From: a bacterium
GTDB lineage: Bacteria; Patescibacteriota; Minisyncoccia; Phycocordibacterales; SBAW01
Length of the DNA stretch: 62,604 bases
Direction of reading: 5' to 3'
Assembly: GCA_037139975.1 (NCBI GenBank)
Contig: JBAXFJ010000003.1
Location: 1 to 62,604, forward strand
The notes under the pieces are model-generated. The model made no database searches, was not told where the DNA came from, and saw only the letters and a list, made by a program, of their open reading frames with translations. Numbering within the stretch: the stretch's first letter is position 1; every line of letters starts with the position of its first letter. Positions 1-8,851 of the stretch are shown one piece after another. Both the position numbers and the translations under genes were made by a program.

Positions 1-54
1 CGCCTATGCCAGTGCCGCCGCCTATGCCAGTGCCGCCGCCTATGCCAGTGCCGC
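1..54. repeat. three perfect tandem copies of 18-bp unit cgcctatgccagtgccgc
   Basis: Direct reading. The array continues off the window edge and encodes GGTGIG hexapeptide repeats on the minus strand. Confidence 0.9.
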
Positions 55-913
55 CAGGACCCGATCCAGCAGCATTTACCGTCACACTAGCCGAACAGTG
101 GGCAGTGCCGCCGGGGCCGGTGAACGTCCCCTGAAAGACGGTGACGCGTGCAGAGGAAGGCAGGGTGTTGAGCGAGCCTGAAGGGGCGACATTGCCGATG
201 GAAGAGATGTTAGCCGCAGTAGCGTTCCTGCTTGTCCACCGAATGGTGACACTATCCCCCACAAAAATACTGCTTGGGGTCACCGACATATAGCACACAG
301 GAGCAGGGGGCGCTGTCGTGGCCGCGACCAGTACATACGTCGCCCCCGTAACAGGGAACGTGCCCGCCACAGCAGGGGCGCCCGCCACAGCGTTGAGCGC
401 AAATGAAAATGTATTGCCTTGCGCCGTGGTGGGTGCGCTTGCGACAATATTCCCCCACACCACAAACGTGTGCGCGTCCCCAGGAGCCAGGTGCAAAGGC
501 ACAGGAAAAGTCAAAGTGACGTCTTGTGTTGTGTTTAATATGGTTGCACCAGACACCTCGGCCGCAAGATAGTTGGCGGTGGTATCCACAAGGCCAACAT
601 TGCTGAATAAAGCGTTTGGAGCAGTGCCGCTTTTGTGGAGCGTGATGCTACTGACTGTTGCTGCGGTTGTGCTGTTGTTTTTGATTCCAAAAGCCACAAG
701 CGGAACATCGGTTCCAGGAGAAACACTTGCATCTTGCGGCTGCCCACTGGGCAAAACGAGCGCGAGCGAATTACTTGCGGTTGCTGACGCGCCGGACTGA
801 CTCGTTACAACAAGTGGTGTTTGTGCAACTGCCGGTTTTGAAAATACTCCCACAAACGACACAGAGAGGAGCGCAACAAAAAACACAGCGAGTACATGGT
901 GGTGCGACTTCAC
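1..913 (-). CDS. secreted repeat-containing protein, partial (3' end lies beyond window start); GTG start, absent from ORF track
   Basis: Manual minus-strand translation from GTG at 913 gives (M)KSHHHVLAVFFVALLSVSFVGVFSKPAVAQTPLVV... (signal-peptide-like), then T/A/S/V-rich sequence. There is no stop down to base 1, and it ends in GGTGIG x3. Confidence 0.6.
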   Translation of the reverse strand, partial: MKSHHHVLAVFFVALLSVSFVGVFSKPAVAQTPLVVTSQSGASATASNSLALVLPSGQPQDASVSPGTDVPLVAFGIKNNSTTAATVSSITLHKSGTAPNALFSNVGLVDTTANYLAAEVSGATILNTTQDVTLTFPVPLHLAPGDAHTFVVWGNIVASAPTTAQGNTFSFALNAVAGAPAVAGTFPVTGATYVLVAATTAPPAPVCYMSVTPSSIFVGDSVTIRWTSRNATAANISSIGNVAPSGSLNTLPSSARVTVFQGTFTGPGGTAHCSASVTVNAAGSGPGGTGIGGGTGIGGGTGIG

Positions 914-1028
914 ACCACAATAATAGCATGCTTGTTTTGACACACTGGGTCAAACCGGGACATTTGTCGACAACGTGCGGAAAATGGATTATCCTGTGCC
1001 TACTGTGCTGTGCGTGTTCGATATATAT

Positions 1029-1111
1029 GCGTCGGTGGTAGAGTGGTCAATTACAACAGGCTGTAAACCTGTCGGCTTCGGCCTTCGTTGGTTCGAATCC
1101 AACCCGGCGCA
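1029..1111 (+). tRNA. tRNA-Tyr (anticodon GTA), long variable arm, no encoded CCA
   Basis: Acceptor gcgtcgg/ccggcgc (one G-U pair). Anticodon arm is acagg-ctGTAaa-cctgt, with a long variable arm and T-loop ggttcgaatcc. Confidence 0.9.
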
Positions 1112-1120
1112 CATGACAGA

Positions 1121-1160
1121 AAAAATACCCAGCCTCATATGGTCGGGTGTTTTTTATTTT
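1121..1160. terminator. bidirectional intrinsic terminator between tRNA-Tyr and clpB
   Basis: Hairpin acccagcc-tcatat-ggtcgggt is flanked by an A-run upstream and a T-run downstream. Confidence 0.6.
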
Positions 1161-1183
1161 AAATGTTTTCTCCACGCAACCTG

Positions 1184-1204
1184 TCCTAAGGTTAAACCTT
1201 AGGA
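1184..1204. repeat. 21-bp perfect palindrome tcctaaggtt-a-aaccttagga abutting the clpB stop codon
   Basis: Direct reading. The arms are exact reverse complements. Confidence 0.8.
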
Positions 1205-3907
1205 CTAGGCAATCAGCTCGCTTATCTGTGTCTTGACCCGGCGCGGAGCGCCTTTGCGTACGTCAAACACAAACTCAGGAGCAACGCCTTCTTTCCCTGG
1301 CTTCATATCCACCGTCACTGCACCACCCGAGAGCACACCGCGAGCGACCATGAGGCTCGCCACCTTGGTGAGAATTTTATCTTGGATGAGTCGGCGGAGC
1401 GGCCGCGCGCCATAGTGCGGATTATAGCCCTCTTTTGCAAGGTAGTCATAGACCGCGGGCGTGAGCGTGAGTGTGATGTCTTTTTCGGCCAAACGTTTGA
1501 CCACAACCTTCACTTGAATGTCGACAATTTCTTTGATTGCCTCAGGCGAGAGGATGTTGAAGACGATAGTTTCGTCGATACGGTTGAGGAATTCGGGACG
1601 GAAGTAGTCTTTGAGCGACTGCATCACGCGTTCCTTTGCGATGACATAGTCCCCTGCGTCAGTGCGTGTACCCAAGGCAAAGCCGAGCTGCTCCATCTTG
1701 TCGATGTATTGCGCGCCGATGTTTGAAGTCATGATGATGATGGTGTTGCGGAAGTTCACTTTACGCCCCTTGGCGTCGGTAAGGTGGCCGCTGTCGAGTA
1801 CCTGCAAGAGGATGTTGAAGACTTCCGGGTGCGCCTTTTCAATTTCGTCAAACAAAATGACCGAATATGGTCGGTGACGCACCAGCTCAGTGAGGCCACC
1901 ACCTTCGTCATAGCCCACATAGCCCGGCGGCGAACCAATGATTTTTGAGACCGAATGCTTCTCCATATATTCCGACATGTCGACACGGATGAGCGCTTTC
2001 TCGTCGTCAAACATGAACTCTGCCAGCGCTTTAGTCAGCTCGGTCTTGCCCACACCGGTGGGGCCCAAAAACATGAACGAGGCAATCGGGCGGTTTGGGT
2101 CGGCGATGCCAGCGCGACTGCGCTTCACCGCATCGGCGATTTTTTGCACTGCTTCGTTTTGACCAACCACGCGCGACTCAAGCACCCTCTCGATGCGCGA
2201 GAGCTTTTCGGCCTCTTCCTCGAGCATGCGCGAAACAGGGATGTTGGTCCACTTGGAAACTACCGACGCAATATCAGCCTCAACGATTTCTTCTTTCAAA
2301 ATACGGCGCGTTGCCTGGAGTTTTTTGAGACGTTTGTTTTTAGTGTCCAACTCTTGTTCAAGGCCGGGCATGTCGCCATAGCGGATCTCGGCTGCACGCG
2401 AGAGGTCAGCGGTCGACTCGGCCATCTCGGCCTCGTTGCGCAGCGACTCGAGTTCTTTTTTAATATTTTTAATGTCTGAGAGCGTTTGCTTTTCATTCTT
2501 CCAGCGCTGTTCGAGTTCGCTGGTCTTTTCTTTCAATTCAGCAATGTCACGCTCAATTGTTTTGGTACGCGTTTTGGCGTTGCTTTCGCCTTCTTCAGCC
2601 GCTTCTTTGCGCAAGGCTTCTTTCTCGACTTGGAGGCGCATTATTTTGCGATGCGCATCTTCAAGCAGGGGTGGTTTATTCTCGAGGCTGATGCGCAAGC
2701 TCGATGACGCCTCGTCGATGAGGTCAATTGCTTTGTCGGGCAAAAAACGGTCGGCGATGTAGCGCGCAGAAAGTTCGACTGCGGCGACCACTGCGTCGTC
2801 GGTAATGTGCACCCCGTGAAAGAGCTCGTATTTTTCCTTGAGTCCGCGCAAAATGGACACTGCGTCGTCGATGGTTGGCTCCAGCACATAGACGGGCTGG
2901 AAGCGCCGCTGAAAGGCCGGGTCACGCTCGATGTGTTTTTGATATTCACGCAACGTCGTTGCGCCGATGACGTGCAAGTCGCCACGCGCGAGCGCCGGCT
3001 TGAGCATATTGCTCGCGTCCATCGCGCCCTCGGCCGCGCCTGCGCCGATGACGGTGTGTATCTCGTCGATAAAGAGAAGTACTTTTCCTTCGCTACGCTC
3101 GATTTCTTTCATAATGGCTTTGAGACGCTCTTCGAATTCACCGCGATACTTGGTGCCAGCGATGAGCGCGCCCAAGTCCAGCGAGACGAGTTCTTTGCCT
3201 TGCAGCGACTCGGGCACGTCGTTGAGCGCGATGCGCTGAGCCAAGCCTTCGGCGATGGCAGTCTTGCCCACACCGGCCTCGCCTATCAAAATGGGATTAT
3301 TTTTGGTGCGACGACTGAGAATCTGGATGACACGAGTGATCTCCTCGTCGCGGCCAATAACCGGGTCGAGTTTATTTTCAAGCGCCATCTTAGTGAGCGA
3401 TCGGGTGTACTTTTGCAATGCGCGATTCTTTTTCTGATCACCGCCAGCATTGGTGACCTTGCTGGAGCGCAATTCAAGCAGTGTGCGCACCACCGACTCG
3501 CGCGTGATGCGAAAGCGCGAAAGCGTCTCGCGCGCCATGCCGGGTACATCGAGAATGGCCACAAACAGGTGCTCGGTCGAGACAAACTCGTCGTGCAGCT
3601 CCGTGGCAACTTTTGCGCTGCGCTCAAGTGCCTGTACCAACTCGGGCGTAAGGTACAGTTGATATGACGGCGAGAGTGTTGCCCCACCCGACGTGCCTTC
3701 GAGCGACTCAAGCATGGTGTCGGTGAGGAGGATCATATCTACTTCGAGTCGCTCGAGCACCGAGGTGACCAGCGACTCTTCTTGCAAAAGCAGCGCCGCG
3801 AGCAGGTGCATGGGCCCAACCTGGTTTTGCCCACGCTCAACCGCCAGCTCGTGTGCTCGCCTTACGGCTTCTTTGGCTTTGGTGGTGAAGTGATTAAATG
3901 GTGGCAT
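1205..3907 (-). CDS. clpB: ATP-dependent chaperone ClpB
   Basis: 900 aa with two AAA+ modules (GEAGVGKT and GPTGVGKT Walker A), a long coiled-coil middle domain and a Clp N domain. Confidence 0.95.
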   Translation of the reverse strand: MPPFNHFTTKAKEAVRRAHELAVERGQNQVGPMHLLAALLLQEESLVTSVLERLEVDMILLTDTMLESLEGTSGGATLSPSYQLYLTPELVQALERSAKVATELHDEFVSTEHLFVAILDVPGMARETLSRFRITRESVVRTLLELRSSKVTNAGGDQKKNRALQKYTRSLTKMALENKLDPVIGRDEEITRVIQILSRRTKNNPILIGEAGVGKTAIAEGLAQRIALNDVPESLQGKELVSLDLGALIAGTKYRGEFEERLKAIMKEIERSEGKVLLFIDEIHTVIGAGAAEGAMDASNMLKPALARGDLHVIGATTLREYQKHIERDPAFQRRFQPVYVLEPTIDDAVSILRGLKEKYELFHGVHITDDAVVAAVELSARYIADRFLPDKAIDLIDEASSSLRISLENKPPLLEDAHRKIMRLQVEKEALRKEAAEEGESNAKTRTKTIERDIAELKEKTSELEQRWKNEKQTLSDIKNIKKELESLRNEAEMAESTADLSRAAEIRYGDMPGLEQELDTKNKRLKKLQATRRILKEEIVEADIASVVSKWTNIPVSRMLEEEAEKLSRIERVLESRVVGQNEAVQKIADAVKRSRAGIADPNRPIASFMFLGPTGVGKTELTKALAEFMFDDEKALIRVDMSEYMEKHSVSKIIGSPPGYVGYDEGGGLTELVRHRPYSVILFDEIEKAHPEVFNILLQVLDSGHLTDAKGRKVNFRNTIIIMTSNIGAQYIDKMEQLGFALGTRTDAGDYVIAKERVMQSLKDYFRPEFLNRIDETIVFNILSPEAIKEIVDIQVKVVVKRLAEKDITLTLTPAVYDYLAKEGYNPHYGARPLRRLIQDKILTKVASLMVARGVLSGGAVTVDMKPGKEGVAPEFVFDVRKGAPRRVKTQISELIA

Positions 3908-3928
3908 ATATTTTATTATACGAAGTAA

Positions 3929-4744
3929 TTATGGTTTTGGTTCTGGTTTTGCAGGGACGGCGGGCGCGGCAGCAACCTGCGGAAGAGAGACAAATGTGTA
4001 GGTTGCACTGCCGCCCGAATCCAGCGACGAACTGGTGGTCATGCCGACCACTTCGCCAAAGAGCGTTGCGAGAATGGCGCCCGGCACAGACGAACCAACA
4101 CTGGCGTCAATTGTTTTAGCATATGTGCCACTTGACGGGAGCGTTGCAATGACACCCACAGCGACCGTGTCCACACCGGTGCCACCGATGCGCAACACAG
4201 TTTGCCCAAGGCGCAGTTTTGAACGATCAGCCAAAGGAGCGCTCGCAAGTCCAGTCGAGGTGCCAACACGGACATCGACAAGCGCGAGCGTGCTCGTCCC
4301 CATCGGGTCACGCATGACCAGCGGCACACGCTCACCGCTTGGCAAAATTGCATCAAAAGCAGTCACGCCCGTGGCATCGAGTGACGCTCGGTCGGTAAGC
4401 GCAACACCTTTTGCGTCAATAAATACCCCACGTGCAACCAAATCCTGCCCCCCTTTGACGGTAATCCTGATGATGCTTTTTTGCAACGCAGCAATTGACT
4501 GAGCAATGAGGTCGTCGTCTTTTACGACAACAGTCTTTTGTGTTTGCACCACCGTGGTGCCCTGGGTTGAAGACGCAACCGTCTGTATGGTGTGTTCAAC
4601 GATCTGATTGATGGTACGACTAATGACTGGCGGCGCGTGGGACATGAGTGCCACGGTGACGATGCCGGTCGCAATGGACGTCATAAAACTCACCAAAAGC
4701 GTGAGCAGAACGATTTGATGTTTCGTGAGGTTCTCTATGTCCAT
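3929..4744 (-). CDS. membrane-anchored HtrA/trypsin-like domain protein with degenerate catalytic triad
   Basis: N-terminal TM helix. The C-terminal region resembles the S1C fold (LRLGQTVLRIGG..., GSSVPGAILATLFGEVVGM versus GNSGGPLVN..GEVVGI). Confidence 0.5.
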   Translation of the reverse strand: MDIENLTKHQIVLLTLLVSFMTSIATGIVTVALMSHAPPVISRTINQIVEHTIQTVASSTQGTTVVQTQKTVVVKDDDLIAQSIAALQKSIIRITVKGGQDLVARGVFIDAKGVALTDRASLDATGVTAFDAILPSGERVPLVMRDPMGTSTLALVDVRVGTSTGLASAPLADRSKLRLGQTVLRIGGTGVDTVAVGVIATLPSSGTYAKTIDASVGSSVPGAILATLFGEVVGMTTSSSLDSGGSATYTFVSLPQVAAAPAVPAKPEPKP

Positions 4745-4751
4745 AGCACGG

Positions 4752-6104
4752 TTAGTATACCTCAGATCGATACCTCTTTACAACTTTCACAAGTGCTTCT
4801 GCAATATACAACGCGTCTTTTTTGGTCAGGTCGGGAAGCAGCGTTATCCGGATCGCTGTTTTTGACATTGCGCCTGAGACACCGAGTGCTTTGATGACGT
4901 GCGAGGGCTCGTCTGAGCCGATATTGCAGGCCGAACGGGTCGAGACCGCAACACCTTCGACATCGAGCGCAATAACGGCCATTTCAGCATCAAGGCCAGG
5001 AATCGAGATGTTAAGATTGTTTGCGACCCTCTTTTTCAGCTCTCGTTTTTCGTTCTGTTTTTCCTCTCTTGCGTGAAGTTTAGCTTCACGCAGATGCAAG
5101 TCGAGTACTGGGCCATTCACCAACACATCGGGAATTCTTTTTTTGATTTCAGTATAAAGAAAATCGCGCATCGCTGCTGTTTTTTCTGCACGAGCCTCCA
5201 CACCACTTGCGGCTTCGGCCATGGCAACACCAAACGAGCCTGCAAGCGGTGTGTTGGGCGTCCCCGCGCGCAGGTTGAATTCCTGCACACCACCACGCAA
5301 AACTGGTTCAATGTCGCTTCCCCTTCGCACATAAAGGCAACCGACACCCTTGGGACCCAACACTTTTTGTGCATCAAGCGTCATCAAGTCCACCCCGAGC
5401 TGGTCAACCCGCAGCGGCATCCACAACGGCGCCTGCGCTGCGTCAGTGTGGAAATATAGAGGCAAAACGGGAAGCGCAACCCCACCCTGGAGCGAGGGTT
5501 GGACTTGGCCTAGCGGCCCGGAGCGCCCGAGCGCAGGGGTGGGGTGGAGCTGATTAGCACGGCTCCGCTTTGCTTGACGAATTGCTTTGGCAATTTCATG
5601 CACCGGCTCGATGGTCCCCACTTCACTGTTGACCAACTGAATGGAGATGAACACGGTTTGCTCGTTGATCGCCTCTTTCAGCTGCTCGAGGGAAACAAAC
5701 CCCTGACTATCAACTGGAAGTTCGGTGACATAGAGGCCTTCGACCTCAAGTGCACGAAGCGGCTCAAGCACTGACTGATGCTCGATGGCGCAGGTGATGG
5801 CATGCAATTCGCCACGTTCTTGCAGCAGCGGCCGCAAGATGCCCTGGATGGCTAGGTTGTTTGATTCTGTCCCGCTGGCGGTAAAAATTATTTCGTCGCT
5901 GTGCGCACCAATCGCTTTTGCTATTTTTTCGCGCGCCTCGTCCATCGCTGCTTTTGCTTCGAGCGCTTCTTTGTGCAAGGCCCCTGCATTGCCATAGACA
6001 CCCAAAAGCTGCACCAGCTCTTTCGTGGCGTTCTTCGAGATCGGCGTCCCCGCCGCCGCATCTGCGTATATTCGCGTCTTTTGTATCAGCTTTCTAAGTG
6101 ACAT
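4752..6104 (-). CDS. cysteine desulfurase (class V aminotransferase, NifS/IscS-like) with two inserted segments
   Basis: Motifs FTASGTESNNLAI, HTDAAQA, a PLP-Lys region (DAQKVLGPKGVGCLYVR) and an STRSAC active-site Cys loop. ATG at 6104 is preferred over the GTG at 6158. Confidence 0.85.
   Translation of the reverse strand: MSLRKLIQKTRIYADAAAGTPISKNATKELVQLLGVYGNAGALHKEALEAKAAMDEAREKIAKAIGAHSDEIIFTASGTESNNLAIQGILRPLLQERGELHAITCAIEHQSVLEPLRALEVEGLYVTELPVDSQGFVSLEQLKEAINEQTVFISIQLVNSEVGTIEPVHEIAKAIRQAKRSRANQLHPTPALGRSGPLGQVQPSLQGGVALPVLPLYFHTDAAQAPLWMPLRVDQLGVDLMTLDAQKVLGPKGVGCLYVRRGSDIEPVLRGGVQEFNLRAGTPNTPLAGSFGVAMAEAASGVEARAEKTAAMRDFLYTEIKKRIPDVLVNGPVLDLHLREAKLHAREEKQNEKRELKKRVANNLNISIPGLDAEMAVIALDVEGVAVSTRSACNIGSDEPSHVIKALGVSGAMSKTAIRITLLPDLTKKDALYIAEALVKVVKRYRSEVY
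5068..5095. repeat. 28-bp hairpin repeat cttgcgtgaagtttagcttcacgcagat (copy 1 of 2)
   Basis: 27/28 identical to 19501-19528. Stem is gcgtgaag/cttcacgc. Confidence 0.85.
5479..5545 (-). repeat. 67-bp palindromic element with conserved 33-nt core (copy 1 of 2), in frame in the cysteine desulfurase gene
   Basis: Core 5494-5526 (minus strand) is 32/33 identical to 28021-28053. Flanking arms are accccaccctg/caggggtggggt. Confidence 0.85.
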
Positions 6105-6126
6105 ACATTTGAGTATACTGCTTACT

Positions 6127-6672
6127 ATGCATCTTGCATCTCTTTTTGTAACCACCACCTCGCCAGGAAGTTTCGCCTATTATTTTGCGCTGACTGTTCC
6201 CTACCTCGCGCTTGGAGCGTTTATATTTTCGCTACTCGCACTGGTCTTCTTTTTTATGATGCGACTGCGGATGAAGCGTCTTGCGCTGGGCAAAAGTGGC
6301 TCGCTTGAAGAAACACTGGCTATTCTTTCTCGCAATATGAAAGAACTCGAAAAATTTCGTAGCGAGATGGAGGTCTATCTCAAACACGTGGAGGCCCGGG
6401 TGCAACACTCGACCCAAGGTGTTGGTTTTGTGCGTTTCAACCCATTTCCCACGGGCGGAGGCGGCGGAGGCAACCAAAGTTTCGCTGTTGCGTTTATTGA
6501 CGAGAAGCTCTCTGGTGTGGTACTGTCAACACTCTACGCGCGCGACCGAGTGGGCGTCTATGGCAAACCAATTGAAAAGGGCATCTCAACCTTTGAGCTG
6601 ACCGCCGAAGAAAAGGAGGCAATAGAAAAAGCAAAGCAATCACTCACCACCCACGCCAAACGTGAAGCATAA
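6127..6672 (+). CDS. DUF4446-like membrane protein
   Basis: N-terminal TM segment, then GVGFVRFNPF...GGNQSFAVAFIDEKLSGVVLSTLYARD, typical of DUF4446. ATG at 6127 is preferred over the GTG at 6025. Confidence 0.7.
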   Translation: MHLASLFVTTTSPGSFAYYFALTVPYLALGAFIFSLLALVFFFMMRLRMKRLALGKSGSLEETLAILSRNMKELEKFRSEMEVYLKHVEARVQHSTQGVGFVRFNPFPTGGGGGGNQSFAVAFIDEKLSGVVLSTLYARDRVGVYGKPIEKGISTFELTAEEKEAIEKAKQSLTTHAKREA

Positions 6673-6687
6673 CCACACAGAACTACT

Positions 6688-8220
6688 ATGGAACAGAAAG
6701 AAACCTATCAGGGGCGTCCCCCTATCGTTGCAATTGTTGGCCACATCGACCATGGCAAGTCGACGCTGCTCGACTATATCCGCAAGACTCGGGTTACAGA
6801 AGGCGAAGCGGGCGGCATAACGCAACACCTCTCGGCATATCAGGCCACGCACGAAACCAAGAGTGGTTCACACTTGATCACCTTCTTGGACACACCAGGA
6901 CACGAAGCGTTTCGCGCGATGCGCTCGCGCGGTCTTGGTGTCGCCGACATCGCCATTTTGGTGGTTGCTGCCGACGACGGCGCCAAACCCCAGACCGTTG
7001 AAGCGATAAAACTCATCGAAGAAGCAAAGACCCCCTATATCGTCGCATTCACCAAAATCGACAAAGAAGGCGCCAACCTCGAACGCGCAAAGCTGTCGCT
7101 CATTGAGCATGGCGTTTTCCTTGAAGGCCAGGGCGGCACCATCTCGTTTGCCCCAGTCTCGAGCAAAACGGGCGAAGGCATTCCCGAGTTGCTCGACCTC
7201 ATCCTCCTTACCGCCGAACTCGAAGAGCTGACTGCCGACGCCGACGCTCCCGCCTCAGGTGTCGTCATCGAGGCCAACATTGACAACAAGCGTGGAAATA
7301 CCGCGACACTCATCGTCCTAAACGGCACCATCGAAAGCGGCGAATATGTTGTGTCGGGAGAGAGCTTTGCCCCGGTGCGCATCATGGAAAATTTCTTGGG
7401 CAAACCAATCAAAGAAGCGCTGCCAGGAAGCCCGGTGCGTATCGTGGGCTTCTCGTCCCTTCCTGCGGTGGGAGCAGCATGGCGCGTAGTTGAAAGCAAA
7501 AAAGAAGCAGAAAACTCTGTACGTGAAGCTAAACTTCCCACAACAAGCACATCTTCAACAGACGCAGACGACTTGGTCATCCTCCCCATCATCATCAAAA
7601 GTGACTTTTCGGGCACCGGCGACGCCGTGCTGCACGAGCTGCAAAAGCTCCCCATACACGAGCGTTTCGAGGCGCGCGTAGTGGCGCGCGGCGTGGGACC
7701 CATCACCGAAGGCGATGTGCGCCTGGCAGGCAGTGGCAAAAACCCAGGACTCATCGCGGGGTTCAACGTCAAACTTGACCGTGAACCACGCGAGTTGGCC
7801 GAGCGCCTGGGCGTCGAAGCAAAAACCTTTACCATCATCTATGAGCTCGCGCAGTGGCTTGGTGAAGAAATAGAAAAGCGCCGACCGCGCTCGGAAGCAG
7901 AAGAGGAACAGGCGGTGGCAAAAGTGCTCAAAATTTTCAGCAGCCAAGGCGCCAATGTTGTCTTAGGTGGCCGCGTTGAGAGCGGCGAGATGGTCCCAGG
8001 AAACGTCAAGTTTATGCGCCTTTCTCAATCCACACAGGCAGGTGCAGAAACAGAAAGTGAAATGATTGAGGTGGGTCGTGGCGAGTTGATAGGCCTTCAG
8101 TCCCAAAAAGAACAAGTCAAAAAAGTCCCCAAGGGTCAAGAGTTTGGCGCCATGGTCAAGACCAGCACACCGCCCCAGCCAGGAGACCAGATGATCGTCT
8201 TTGAGGCGGTGTTGAAATAG
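6688..8220 (+). CDS. infB: translation initiation factor IF-2 (short form)
   Basis: GTPase motifs [14 protein letters not shown] and TKID, followed by IF-2 C-terminal domains. Confidence 0.95.
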   Translation: MEQKETYQGRPPIVAIVGHIDHGKSTLLDYIRKTRVTEGEAGGITQHLSAYQATHETKSGSHLITFLDTPGHEAFRAMRSRGLGVADIAILVVAADDGAKPQTVEAIKLIEEAKTPYIVAFTKIDKEGANLERAKLSLIEHGVFLEGQGGTISFAPVSSKTGEGIPELLDLILLTAELEELTADADAPASGVVIEANIDNKRGNTATLIVLNGTIESGEYVVSGESFAPVRIMENFLGKPIKEALPGSPVRIVGFSSLPAVGAAWRVVESKKEAENSVREAKLPTTSTSSTDADDLVILPIIIKSDFSGTGDAVLHELQKLPIHERFEARVVARGVGPITEGDVRLAGSGKNPGLIAGFNVKLDREPRELAERLGVEAKTFTIIYELAQWLGEEIEKRRPRSEAEEEQAVAKVLKIFSSQGANVVLGGRVESGEMVPGNVKFMRLSQSTQAGAETESEMIEVGRGELIGLQSQKEQVKKVPKGQEFGAMVKTSTPPQPGDQMIVFEAVLK

Positions 8221-8239
8221 AACTCAAACGAAACCGTAT

Positions 8240-8596
8240 ATGAAAAAACGACAGGAACAAGAACAAGAAGGAAACACGCGACACCAAAAAATACGCGAAG
8301 CGCTACGCACCAGCGCGGCAGAGTTTCTTGCCCGCGAAGCGGGCCGGCAGTCGCTGGTGACCGTGACCGAGGCACGCGTCTCGAACGACGGCCGCAGTGG
8401 TCGCGTCTACATCACCGTGCTGCCACAGAGCGCCGAGGAAAGCGCACTCGCCTTTGCAAACCGCAACCGCGGTGAATTCTCGAAGTTTTTTAAAAAGAAA
8501 ATACGCGGTATCTCCCCGCTCCACATCGAGTTTGTTATAGACGAGGGCGAAAAGAGCCGCCAACGACTCGACGAGTTGGGCACAGAGCTTTCATAG
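8240..8596 (+). CDS. rbfA: ribosome-binding factor A
   Basis: 118 aa with LVTVTEARVSNDGRSGRVYITVLP, in the conserved position after infB. Confidence 0.9.
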   Translation: MKKRQEQEQEGNTRHQKIREALRTSAAEFLAREAGRQSLVTVTEARVSNDGRSGRVYITVLPQSAEESALAFANRNRGEFSKFFKKKIRGISPLHIEFVIDEGEKSRQRLDELGTELS

Positions 8597-8640
8597 GTGC
8601 CGCAAGTGAGTTACAGTATAAGCGCGCCGTGTAAATACAT

Positions 8641-8712
8641 GGCCACGTAGCCAAGTGGTAAGGCAAGGGACTGCAAATCCTTTATACGCGGGTTCGATTC
8701 CCACCGTGGCCT
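8641..8712 (+). tRNA. tRNA-Cys (anticodon GCA)
   Basis: Acceptor ggccacg/cgtggcc, anticodon loop ctGCAaa, T-loop gggttcgattccc. Confidence 0.9.
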
Positions 8713-8739
8713 CAAATTTGTTTTATACTGGGGTGACCA

Positions 8740-8825
8740 GCCGGGGTGATGAAATGGTAGACATAGGAGACTTAAAATTTCCAGGCCGCAAGGCCGTGTG
8801 GGTTCGAGTCCCACCCCCGGCACCA
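8740..8825 (+). tRNA. tRNA-Leu (anticodon TAA), CCA encoded
   Basis: Acceptor gccgggg/ccccggc, anticodon loop cTTAAaa, long variable arm aggccgcaaggccgt, T-loop gggttcgagtccc, 3' acca. Confidence 0.9.
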
Positions 8826-8851
8826 GATATTTCAAATTTTTTCTTTGCGTT

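Noticed and set aside
1-54. Possible CRISPR-like repeat at the window start.
   Set aside because: The 18-bp units are directly abutting with no spacers and lie in an open reading frame. This is a coding tandem repeat, not a CRISPR array. I saw no repeat-spacer structure anywhere else in the window.
1184-1204. Relationship between the palindrome tcctaaggttaaaccttagga after clpB and aaggtttaacctt at 24026-24038.
   Set aside because: Only a ~12-nt AT-rich core is shared and the flanks differ. That is too short to distinguish from chance, so it is not counted as a repeat family.
2807-3667. 286-aa plus-strand ORF inside clpB, and similar long antisense ORFs: 7035-7838, 9347-10066, 21318-22133, 29966-31048, 40657-41643, 43684-44625, 58236-58988 and 59001-59768.
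   Set aside because: All lie entirely opposite strongly recognisable conserved genes. Their sequences are low-complexity or Arg/Ala/Val-rich shadow translations with no motifs. Such ORFs are typical of frames opposite GC-rich coding DNA.
4752-6672. Longest-ORF starts for the desulfurase (GTG 6158) and DUF4446 gene (GTG 6025), which would make the two divergent genes overlap by about 130 nt.
   Set aside because: Internal ATGs at 6104 and 6127 give N-termini matching family expectations (MSLRKLIQKTRIYADAAAGTP.., and a TM helix start). They also remove the overlap.
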